A stretch of 62,628 nt of DNA, filler included, from Phoronis australis (lineage: Eukaryota > Animalia > Phoronida), in NCBI GenBank assembly GCA_002633005.1. It is 9 parts of 9 records of this genome, joined end to end, with 100 filler letters (N's around TTAATTAATTAA, not from the genome) between each part and the next. Parts side by side here need not be neighbours in the genome. Positions count along the whole stretch, not along the records: positions 10,523 to 13,792 come from NMRA01003114.1; positions 13,893 to 16,440 come from NMRA01001199.1; positions 16,541 to 19,999 come from NMRA01003008.1; positions 20,100 to 30,126 come from NMRA01000651.1; 5 more parts are not named here. One strand, given 5' to 3'. The notes under the pieces are model-generated. The model was not told the DNA's origin. It searched no databases and was given only the letters and a program-made list of their open reading frames with translations. The position numbers were made by a program, and so were the translations under genes. Below, piece by piece: positions 10,923-21,726 of the stretch. Each line of letters begins with the position of its first letter. The first letter of the stretch is position 1.

Positions 10923-13900
10923 GGTGTTGCTGCGAGCAGAAGTCAGATACATGCAGTTTGGTACACTGATAGACTGTTACACGATCAACAAGAGTTCCAG
11001 AATGTGGGTCGACCACGAGGGCGTACCCTGAAGTTTCTGACAACGGTCCCTTACAGGAGTCCCAGATTTTGAGAAACATTTGTCGGTCGTTGATCAGGGG
11101 AGAAAATTGTTATTCACAGTGCAAGGTGACTGTTATCGACATTTCCATGGCGATGGACTGGTCTTCGTAAATAATGAACACCTAATGTGGGTTTGCACGG
11201 GAGGTACTGAGATATTTCAGGAGGCATTGGCGAGGTGTTCTCTTTAGAAATGATGATATAGTCATCTTTTTAGAAAGTAGTCAGATACTCAAGTCCATGG
11301 CAAGGTTTAGCACAATTATAAGGGATGTGTGAACAAATCACCTGTTCACAATTGTCTTCCTCATTATATGATGGTGTTGTAGGAGATGAAACGTTTTTTA
11401 CGGTTTTACAATGCTTATTTATTTAATGATATTGAATAATCAGCCCTTTGTAATGGGGACCTTTCCACGAATAATAAATCCAATTAAAAATGGGCTTTTT
11501 TGTTTGGCCTTTTGTAGTAAAGAGAAGTTAAGGTTTTCGGGTGTAATCAGACCATGAATGAACCAATTCATCTGAGCGCTTGAATACACCTTGAATATAC
11601 CCGGCTGATAAAAGGTACGCAGTGTGTACCAAAACGGCATCACTGTCGAATTCCTTACAGCAGCGATGTAAACCGTTCACCTGCTTCAACGCCGCAGTTT
11701 CTTTGTCGCAGCAGTCCCGTCGTGATGATTCGGTCAAATCGTCCGAAGTAGAGCTCGGGATCGGTACGTCATTGCTGTTTGTATTAATGTAATCCATTCG
11801 AATTTCATCGTCAGGGTTAGCAGACATTGGGAATGATACAGATCCTGTCTGGAAGACAATTTTCAGTGTCTAGAACTGGAAACAATTCGTACTCTAAAAA
11901 CATGATTTAAGTCACTAGTTCGGGGTAAATAGAAAAGAATTCGCGGGACTGCTGTCGTTATGAGTATTCCGCTCATCACAAACTCTCCCCAACACATTTG
12001 CTGCCCAATTAGGCATCTGGGCTGAGTTGCATAAAGCTCAGTTCAAAAGTTATCCGCTGGATAAGTTTGATTGTTACATGACGTCAGATGCATTGTTCGA
12101 CATGAACAACGTGACGCGTGATAATGCGACGTCATTGTTGCTACACGATGTATAACTTTTATGCAACTGGGCTCAGATATATCAATATGCTTTTGGGTTG
12201 TCAGTTCCTGCGTACCAATAGCTAACACCGGAGACAGTCTAAAAATCTAATTATAATTAAAGCTTTACCTTGCAGTAAGCTTACCTCGTACAAATAAATT
12301 ATGAAATGAAACAACCCCTCACCAAATACCTAACCCGCAGCATATACTGTTCATGGGTGAAGCTACCAAGAAAGTAAATACGATGTAGACAAAAACTACA
12401 ATAGTAGTAAAATGCTAGTTTTTAGTGGTAAGTTAAATTTCAATTTTTATGTGAATAGCTCTTTATTTAATGAATATTCCACCATTTTTCCCAATCATTA
12501 TAAAATAAGTACACAGGGAATGGCATTTGAACGTTAAATTTTAGGAAAACGAATAAGCTTCTGATAATAACTCTCTTACAGTTCCACCCATATCAAAGCA
12601 CTTGGATAGAATCAAGCTCATCTCTTTGAACACTGATCTATTTTGTCCGATACTGCCGTTGTTTCGAAACGTGTACGCGCCAAGCTACTAACAAGAACTG
12701 TCGCACAATGAACACAAAATGGCACGATGACGTAGTAACACGTGTCTATGAAACTAAATTTTGTCTCAGATTTAACTTTGATTTACAGATATAGAATTGA
12801 TCACACTATTTTATGTAAAATGTGCAAAGACACTTTCAGTCAATTTTCAACTTATTTCGAGTTACGGGCGCAAACTAAAAACATTTCTTTGAATTATTAT
12901 ATTATCAGAGAATGAACCACGGTAACCAAAATTACAGTTGCAATTCGCCCTGTTTACCAGGTATAAGAAGTCGACAGCCTAAAACGTCTGGAAGAACCGA
13001 TCGCTAAAATATTAAACTCGCTTCATGAATGGAAAGGATAGGGCAATAACGCGCCCGATGACCACGAAGACCTGGGCGAGTTTGTTTACTACGTCTGGCA
13101 TCGACGTGGTACTAATAGCGCACATCATGTGTCCTTTTTCAAACATCAAAGATCTGATCATGCACTTGTAAGTTCTGAAGGGAGTTTCTATTTTTGAAAA
13201 TCTTTTAAAAGGCGTCTGTATCAAAGCAGCAGTTTTTCCTTTTTAAGGGGGGTGGGACAATAGCACTAGTAAAAATATGTGGGGTCAAAGCAAATCCAAA
13301 TGGAACATTTCTTAGGGCGTGTTTTTCCGTCACCAGCCGTCATTAAAGGTGAGAGACGAAATATCTCTTACTGCACTACGTGATCCAAGTTCTTCAAAGG
13401 CAATGCTAACCATGTGGAGATTTAAATATTATTCTCCTCGCGATTAAAATCCTGCGCCATATTAGCCAATACTCACCTCTCAACTTCAAATGAAAGCTCT
13501 TTAACTGCTTATCTCTAAACGTGATTGGGTTGTTTTGACACGGCGAGCTCTTGATTGATGTGCTGTATCAATGGCTATAGTGTTTACCTACAACAAGGTG
13601 GGTTTTTACACAGCTAGAAAACAAAAGTGAAACTGCAGCAAAATGTGAGTGATCACTGTTGAAAACTGACTCAGTGTCAGAAAGCAATGATTTGGTGTCG
13701 TACACACCAGATAATTATATCTTCAAATCATTAACCATTTCTGCTACAAATACTATTATATTTTTTATACTTTAGCAAACAGATAATCACTCNNNNNNNN
13801 NNNNNNNNNNNNNNNNNNNNNNNNNNNNNNNNNNNNTTAATTAATTAANNNNNNNNNNNNNNNNNNNNNNNNNNNNNNNNNNNNNNNNNNNNAAAAAAGA

Positions 13901-14215
13901 GACATAAAGAGGAAATTGGAAATATAATAAGAGGAAATCGAAACCAAAAGAGAGTAAATCCTCTTAAAAGAGGAAAATTACAAGCCTTGACAGTTTCCAA
14001 ATTGACACTACACAAACTGCCCATGGCAGAGTTTGAAGGTCGATGGCCTGACTGAACATGTTAACTTCTGCATAACTGGATGTATCATGACTATAAACCA
14101 AACTGTAGTACCAGATGATCCTCTGCAACAAACTAGGGCACATGACTGAATAACACCCAGTTGCCATATCATCTTAAATAACCTCTGTCAGGCAGCTTCT
14201 TTGACGCATTGACTT

Positions 14216-14494
14216 CTACTGATGGCAATCATTCGAAGACGGCAATGTTGTCAGACAACAAGCGGGAGTCATTTTGCTTTTATGTTCATGGAAGCAGTGC
14301 ATGTCAGACATGTCTTTTAACCGGGTTTTCACAATCATCAGCTCGTCATACATGTAGCTCTTAGAAGCCTTCACCGGTATGGACAACCATCTCCTGCTCT
14401 TCTTGTTGAAGATAACTTGCTCCCCTAGAAGTAATAACAATTGTTTCAATGTCAGTGCCAGACACGAAAATGAATGCAGCAGCATTGATTTACC
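14216..14494 (-). pseudogene. Degraded DNA-transposase C-terminal fragment (Kolobok-like)
   Basis: GEQVIFNKKSRRWLSIPVKASKSYMYDELMIVKTRLKD resembles the K.S.RW...PVK..K.Y.Y...LM motif of THAP-associated invertebrate and fish transposases (recalled, not searched). Confidence 0.35.
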
Positions 14495-15196
14495 CTGAAA
14501 CATGAAGAGTGTGAAACATATGAAACTCTTCAAACAATTAGCAAATTATGCACCTCTTTCAGTGTTTTAGAAACTTTTTCGAAGTTGTTTCAAACACTGG
14601 ATAACATGTTTTCGTTATTCAAAATATAAAAATATACTACATGTAGTTAATTAAGTGATTCAAGTTTCACACCTTTCAAGACGAGAAAACAATACAAATA
14701 ACAGCATTTGTCACAGGGTGGCTGAATTGTTACCCACCACATATTAGCATTTAGCAGGTGGTTCATAAACGATTTAAAGAATAGGGCATTCAAAATGAGT
14801 TAGTTTTCTAATTAATGAAAGCATCTATGACCAATGACTCTTGACTATTTCTATGACCTTAAGTCAAATCGCTGTTATGGTGTGGAACGTTACTGTGGTC
14901 TGTAATAAAGTCTATCCCATCTTACACCATGTCTTAACTTTCTTATTCGGCCAGGACAGTTAGCTTCCAGGGCTGTTGTTAGCTAAAAATGGTACACTTT
15001 ACTCGGGCGTCCAAAAGCTAAATAGGGCAACCTACCTAATGTGTCTAAATTTACGTCGGGTTGTGTAGTTGGACACCCTAAATGAATTCACAATACAATG
15101 GGACGTTGGAATCCCAAAAATTTAAACGTTCATGTACGAACGTTCGACCTAACGTTTTATCATGGGCCGTTGGGGGGGAAGTGTCGCCGGAAAAAT

Positions 15197-15312
15197 ACGA
15201 GCGTAATTATGTACATTACGCCGTTATTTACGCCGTTATTTACGCCGTTAATTACGCCGTAAAATTACGAGCGTAATTCAATTCTTTACGGCGTAAAATT
15301 ACGCTCGTAATT
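15197..15312. repeat. Short palindromic element built from TTACGCCGT/TTACGAGCGTAA units
   Basis: Four tandem ~12-bp TTACGCCGTTA-like units, then inverted copies (TTACGGCGTAAAATTACGCTCGTAA). Confidence 0.7.
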
Positions 15313-15442
15313 TAGTGTTTACTCTTAGCCAATGCCGTTCGGTTTTACAACTCACTGTCGCGCGCGTTCGTGTAAATACTTCTTCACTGACCGGTTACGT
15401 GTCTGGGAGCGGTGAATCATTGCGGATCAAATTGCTGCTGAA

Positions 15443-15531
15443 ATGTCGGCGATTGTGCAAGAACGAGCTGCCCAGCAACAGCCCAGTGAGACAGCGTCCT
15501 CCAGTGCAGCACCTGCCACTTTCAGGCACTC
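15443..15531 (+). CDS. Possible first coding exon of an unidentified gene
   Basis: CpG-richer region; MSAIVQERAAQQQPSETASSSAAPATFRH ending at a consensus GTAAGT donor (15532). Confidence 0.35.
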
Positions 15532-15557
15532 GTAAGTTTGTCATTTGGACTATTCTC

Positions 15558-15735
15558 AACTAGTCTACATGCATGGCATTCAGCCCTTGGCTTAGTTAGG
15601 CCTACGGCCGGGGGGGGGGGGTGGGTCACTCATATATTGACAAGGTGATCTAAAATCCAACTAGTCGACATGGCATTCAGCCCTTGGCTTAGTTAGGGCT
15701 ACTGCCCGGGGGGTCACTGATATATTGACAAGGTG
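15558..15735. repeat. Imperfect ~100-bp tandem duplication
   Basis: caactagtc..catggcattcagcccttggcttagttagg..ggtcact.atatattgacaaggtg occurs twice. Confidence 0.8.
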
Positions 15736-16610
15736 CCCCAGTCAGGCGTAGACGTACCAAAAACTGCAGATAGGCAGTACTTTTTCAGCAAGATTTGAGA
15801 GACAGGCACGGAGTCCAATATGCCCCTAATCAATTAGCAGACCTAGTACCTGCAACAGGGGGCGGCTATGTGGGTTCCTGATTGTCATTAAGTGACCCAC
15901 GGGGCCTACTGACTTCACTGTCACTCGAGTGCTCCATTGCGTACATACTTAAAAATGTCGACTTTTGGAAGTAGGTTGGAGAAGAGTCAAAGGACTTCAG
16001 GGATACCAAGAAAGTGTAAAACCCAGTGTTTAATTTTTAGATGCCAATAAACCTATTAAGTACAAGCTGACTAGCACTTGAGGACTGGGTCAGTGCAGCT
16101 GTGTTACAGGTACATCAGTGTCACATAGCCAACAATATTTTCAACTTAGTAAATGCAGACCTGTGTGTTCAAATCTGAGCAGCCCCTAAATAAATATATG
16201 ATTGAAGTGAGTTTCTACGTTTCTACATGAAGAGAATCCTATGTTGACACCCATTAAAGTAAAAAGATGTTTGGCTGCACCTATGTGCTCCTTACGCATA
16301 ACTACAGCAATAATATGCTGTTGTGGTAATCGCCTCAGGCTTCTGACGTCATCATTCTCTAAGCCATAATACCCAACCTAAACACATTGGGGAGACAATA
16401 GTATATTTAATTTTTCTTTTTGAAAATTTTTAAATGTTGTNNNNNNNNNNNNNNNNNNNNNNNNNNNNNNNNNNNNNNNNNNNNTTAATTAATTAANNNN
16501 NNNNNNNNNNNNNNNNNNNNNNNNNNNNNNNNNNNNNNNNTACCTCTATTATTGTAACAAATAGTGGTTCACTTATGACAAGTGATACAGCTGATGTTAC
16601 CTGTTGACAG

Positions 16611-16726
16611 GGTGTTGGTGACCACGGCTGTGAGTACATGACAGGTGGTCGTGCTATTATTCTGGGCCGTACAGGGAGAAACTTTGCTGCTGGAATGTCT
16701 GGTGGATTTGCCTTTGTTCTGGATGA
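16611..16726 (+). CDS. GLT1: NADH-dependent glutamate synthase (GOGAT), internal exon, GXGXG domain; partial gene join(16611-16726,17666-17843,18005-18121,18523-18632,19539-19661)
   Basis: [38 protein letters not shown] is the glutamate synthase signature; AG/GT boundaries and all five exons join in phase. Confidence 0.95.
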
Positions 16727-17665
16727 GTGAGTTAAATTTCTGCATTCTTATCATATGTAGAGAAAATGTTGTGTGTAATTTTTTTGGGGAAAAGTGTTTA
16801 TAGTTTTTAATGGTCATGTTGTTGTATGTGTTTTACACCTATTAAAAGCAGTAGGCAGTGTACTTGTACGATTGGGGTACTGCAACAATGGCGCAATGTT
16901 GTGCAAAGTTTGTTGTACCTATACAATTGTTAAGGTTTTCCCGGTGCCCATCAGCCCACTAAAGGAACATAAATTAAGTATGATTGAATTGATCTGGGCA
17001 CTGGAGAAAAATAAATGTTCAAAATTGCCAAAAATAGGCAAAATCAAAACACCCAAAAATAGAAGAAAAAACATGTTATGGAAATCTCCAACAATGCGCC
17101 TTTAGCTCATAATTAATATCTTCAAAGAATTCCAAGGAAGCAAGGAAAAAAGGTATGACTATGCAATTGTATGGATGATGCATTTTAAAAAGTAGTCAAA
17201 TACCATGTTGTTTCTTTTAAACACTGTTTTCACATTTTGCGATCATGTTTTTGGTGGTTTTTACTGATCCCAGTGGCCATATTTCCCTTGAAGAACACTC
17301 AAGAATGTTGATTCTAGCTTCCTCAGAGTCCTGCTATGAGTTTGGAATGACACAAGCTTTTGTATAGGTACACAATGCAACAACTGCCCAGTGTTCATTG
17401 CTGCTGTTGTATTGTGTACCTATACAAAAGCTTGTGTCATTCCAAACTGGTGGGAGGAATGAGGAAGCTAGACTCTGCAGAAGCCGGCTATTTGACAGCA
17501 CTTGCATTTATAAAAGAAAATTTGCTGCTGGAGTATTCACAAATTTAACTCAAAAGTGTAATAAAGAATGATTGCTGAGCCATAAACAAGTTATGTCTGG
17601 GAATTGCACAAATTGATCAGATACAAGCTGTTTGGATTAATTATCTTCTCCATGGTTCATTGAAG

Positions 17666-17843
17666 GGATAAGAGTTTTGAGACACGATGCAATATGGAGA
17701 CTGTGGATCTTGAACCAGTAACAGCAAAGGATGATTTGAAGTTTGTTGAAGACTTACTGCGAGAGTTTGTAGTGAAGACTAGTTCAACCGTGGCTCAGAA
17801 GTTGATAGAGACATGGCCACAGTCAGCCAAACTGTTTACAAAG
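17666..17843 (+). CDS. GLT1: Glutamate synthase exon (end of GltB-like region)
   Basis: DKSFETRCNMETVDLEPVTAKDDLKFVEDLLREFVVKTSSTVAQKLIETWPQSAKLFTK; phase 2-0. Confidence 0.9.
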
Positions 17844-18004
17844 GTGGGCAAATAGTTAGGATATTTTACGAAATCAAAGACTTTGACGTGTAGGGCCTGG
17901 TATTATGACGTAGAAGTCTCGTAATGTTTTTCTTTGATTAAGTTGTGTCTTTTAGCATTATTGAGTGTGCTAACATTAAAATGATCAATTGTTTAATTAT
18001 GTAG

Positions 18005-18121
18005 GTATTCCCGAAGGAGTACAGACGAGCCCTTGCTGACATGGAGAAAGAAACGTCTGCTGAACCTGTTGGCAATGATTACAAAGAAGATATGGTGAAT
18101 GTGAAGGAACTGCAGTCATCG
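18005..18121 (+). CDS. GLT1: Glutamate synthase exon (VFP.EY.RAL, start of interdomain linker)
   Basis: VFPKEYRRALADMEKETSAEPVGNDYKEDMVNVKELQSS; phase 0-0. Confidence 0.85.
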
Positions 18122-18522
18122 GTAAATGAACTGATTGTTTAGTAGAATGGGTGAACACTCTAGACAAAGATATGTAAAATGTTTAAACTGGTATGCAGCA
18201 CTCCAGCTAAGTCATGCCATGTCCTGATTGTGAGGGATTCATATGGAACTGTGCTCTTCAAGTGGTCGTGTCAGTTCACTGACTGTTTTATGCATGGCTA
18301 CATTGCTTGCACCATGCACCACGTTGAGTGGTGTCCATTTCTTCTGTTTGATATCGATATATCTTCAAGTTTCTGTCCTTGTTTGTTACTGGTTAATTAT
18401 TCTGTCTGTGCATAGAACAGGTTCAAAAAGTAGTTGCAGTGAACATATTGACATGATGACCACTGAGTGCTGGACACATTTACTTAGATACAATACACTT
18501 ATCTTAACGTTATTCCTTACAG

Positions 18523-18632
18523 CCCAAAAAGAAAAGAAAAGTCTTAAAGACAGCTCCCGTACAAGATGTTGAGGATATTATTGAAGACTCCAGTAAACCA
18601 GTGTCCCCTAAAGAGAAGTTAGATAAGTTGAG
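18523..18632 (+). CDS. GLT1: Glutamate synthase exon (linker, D.ED..LDK.R)
   Basis: PKKKRKVLKTAPVQDVEDIIEDSSKPVSPKEKLDKLR; acceptor ttccttacag; phase 0-2. Confidence 0.85.
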
Positions 18633-19538
18633 GTACATAACATTGGCTCTTATGGTTCTGCACTCTTACTTGTCATGAGCGTGGTGAGAGAGAAGGTGAC
18701 CATGTGAGCGCACAGTTTCACATGAGGTCATTCATTGTGAGCTCTTGTTACACTGTGAGATCTTATGTTACATTGTTTTATCAAATTTTGACTGCATGGC
18801 ATGTTCTCCACGTTGCTTTTCTTAAGACACACTTATGCAGAACAGTGATTCTAAGGTTAGTTCAACATGTCTAGTATCTTACGAGTTTAGTGAGATCATG
18901 TAAAGTGACTCATGTAACACAATATCTCATTTAGTGTCAGTATTGCATGAAAGCAAGCAACCTTACAACCCAATTCTAGCAAAATGGCTGCCATTAAAAG
19001 TAACTTGGTAGCTGCTAGGAGTGTTGAATTATGGCAGTGAAAGGTACATGGCACCCCCCAAATAAGTGTTGAATTATGGCGGTGAAAGGTACATAGCACT
19101 TGCAGAATGCCCGCCATTTCTACAGGCTAAATCAAAATATCTAGTGTGGCCTAAATTACTAAGATTATTGCGTACAGCCCAGACTCACCTGTCAGTTTCT
19201 GATCAAGAAGACATCTCATTGTTGATGATTGTTTGTTAGGGCAATTAATGGAAACTTGATATATGGCTAATTCTAAGCTTTCAGTTATGAGAAGTTCATA
19301 CCTCAAGTTTTGTTTAAAATGAAGTCTGAAGTGCAATTTAACCACTTGGTTAACTTTTTTGTCTGTGATAAAGGCTAGGCCCTATATTCCTTGTTTTGTT
19401 CAAGTCACATAACCCTCATCACTTACAACTGTACCTACTTAAAAATTCTGAAGTAATTTTTTCTGGCGTTTTCTTTTAATGAATGATTTTGTCTTGTCTA
19501 ACTGAATGTTGTTCATTTTATTTTGTGTGCATTTTCAG

Positions 19539-19661
19539 AGGTTTTGTGAAGTACACACGGGCAACAAACCAGTACAGAAGTGCAGAGTCTCGTATGAAAG
19601 ACTGGGATGAGATCTTCAATCATAAAGATGTTAAACCTGGCCTGCAGAGACAGGCAGCTAG
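19539..19661 (+). CDS. GLT1: Glutamate synthase exon (start of GltD-like domain)
   Basis: RGFVKYTRATNQYRSAESRMKDWDEIFNHKDVKPGLQRQAAR, which precedes the CMDCG Fe-S motif in homologues; donor GTGAGT. Confidence 0.92.
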
Positions 19662-19921
19662 GTGAGTCACACCTGTAGTGGGGGGGGGGGTTATTCATGG
19701 GATAGCATTGATGGAAACAAGTCAAATAAGAAATGTACCAGGGTAATGCTGAATATATTCTGGCAAATCTACATTCTAATATAGATGCACTTTTGTTATA
19801 ACAGCATACTGATTTGGTAGATGTTGGCATAAAATGTAAGTGTCACTGTGTTTAGTGTTCTTCATCTCCAAAGTAATGCCTCTGCATGAGATGGTACTGT
19901 CTTGTAATAATCTCACTGACT

Positions 19922-19999
19922 CAGTACTGTGTGCAGGGCTGCCAACATGTGTAACACACAGACCACACCCAGTACTGTGTGTAGGGCTGCCAACATGTA
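19922..19999. repeat. 48-bp minisatellite truncated by the contig end
   Basis: cagtactgtgtg(c/t)agggctgccaacatgt occurs twice. Confidence 0.7.
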
Positions 20000-20099
20000 N
20001 NNNNNNNNNNNNNNNNNNNNNNNNNNNNNNNNNNNNNNNNNNNTTAATTAATTAANNNNNNNNNNNNNNNNNNNNNNNNNNNNNNNNNNNNNNNNNNNN

Positions 20100-20737
20100 G
20101 TTAGGGTGAGAATAATTCATTTTGAAACAGAACGCTCAGTGATAAACGTCAACATGGCAACTCGCAGTCCCCCGCGACTTAGACGAGAGCTCATCAGTCC
20201 CGACGAAGACTTCGCAGGTGGATCGTTAGGTTTCACAGGCTATCAGTTCGAACAGGAATACAGTGATGAAGAAATACTAAAGAGGCGCCGTGAACAAGCT
20301 CAGACAACGGAACGTAGGGATAGTTATTTGGCAAGCTGGGATTCGTCAGGCAGTCACGCGGCTGTCGACCACTGCAGGCCACAGACAAGGAGATGTTCCA
20401 CGGCCTCTATACTTGCTATTCTCAGCGTACTTTTCATTCTTCACTACTGCGATCCACTTCCTAAACATTTCGGACTCTCGAGGAAGTCGAAAAAAAGATA
20501 TTCCCGCTTTCCTCGCAGCTGCATAGCTCGCACAAGCGGGGACGATGCACCGCAACATAAGGCATTCACTCTCATTTAGTGCAGATGAACCACTGACGTC
20601 GCTAGCGTCGTTTCTCACCTTCCTCACAGGTTAACGAGACACCTCTTGGCAACATAAGGTCGACCGTGTGCGAGGCGATGCGGATATAGACCAATTAATA
20701 AGGCAAAAAGACTAATTAAATCGGGTGGCATTCTCCT
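20100..20737. mobile_element. Internally deleted Kolobok-like DNA transposon (THAP transposase 5' end on minus, KolX/P2X7-like 5' end on plus)
   Basis: Minus from 20558: MLRCIVPACASYAAARKAGISFFRLPRESEMFRKWIAVVK, the N-terminal half of a THAP finger. Plus from 20154: MATRSP...GYQFEQEYSDEEI. The right end GGTGGCATTCTCCT is followed by TTTA (TTAA-like site). Confidence 0.55.
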
Positions 20738-21622
20738 TTTATTCACTTCAAGTTTTTCAGTGGTCCATAGGCGGTGCACTGCAGGGGGGCTGAGGGGGCT
20801 TTAGCCCCCACATTTTTCAGTGCTGCGCCCTCTATACACCTCCGACATGACACTGCCAACTACTCACGAGGGGAAGTTGAGATTTCAAATTCATCAAAAA
20901 CACAAAACATTCGTGCACAGCACAGGAGCTGTCTTGTAAGAAATGGCGATGCGTCACTGAACTTAGTTGAAGGCTGAAGGACGGACAAAAATTCGAACCA
21001 TCATCAGACCACCATATCGCAAAGAAGGACTCTAAACGATAACAGTGATATTCATGAATGTATTGAATTTTAAAAAACCTAGACTAAAGAAATTCAAAAA
21101 TTTACAAACCGTAGATCGGATCGAAAAAGAAATTCAAGTCATTGCTCGTAAATTTGGAAAGATTGTCTTTGCATTTCCTTGATGATTGTAGTTCCCAGTA
21201 GTATTGTGCAATGAATTTAGGTTCTTCTAAACCGAATGTTTGCTTGACATTCCCGTGCGTACTGCAAAGGCTGGACACGTCGTGACTCAGTGACGCACCC
21301 ACGTTAAAAATAAGGTGTTGGCTGCCCGCGTAGAATCCGTGCACAGTGATTGACGGGAAAAGAACTTGAACTGCAGGAGTTGAAGTGTGTGCATTTTTGG
21401 GACACGTTTTCCATAGCATTTTCCCCAGCCGCCCGGCGGCAGAAGCTGGACCAGTGGCTGTGTTTCAACAGCTCTATAGGCCAAGGATTTCGGGATCATA
21501 TCTTTCAAAAAAATCTTCAGGAAATGACCGTATTAAAATAAACTTTTCCCGAAACTGTGTCAAACAGAACGACCTTGGAGCCAGAACACGGGTATAGGTT
21601 CGAGCTAAGCCGCACGTCTCAA

Positions 21623-21726
21623 ATGAATCATAGCGGAGCTGACCAGCGACTAGCATTAGTTCTTCGAATTGTGCATGAATCATAGCGGAGCTGACCAGCG
21701 ACTAGCATTAGTTCGTCGAATTGTGC
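21623..21726. repeat. 52-bp tandem duplication
   Basis: atgaatcatagcggagctgaccagcgactagcattagttc(t/g)tcgaattgtgc occurs twice with one mismatch. Confidence 0.9.

Noticed and set aside
21102-21510. Weak hAT/MULE transposase-like phrases (KDMIPKSLAYRAVE; VLFPSITVHG)
   Set aside because: Too degenerate to support a family call by eye
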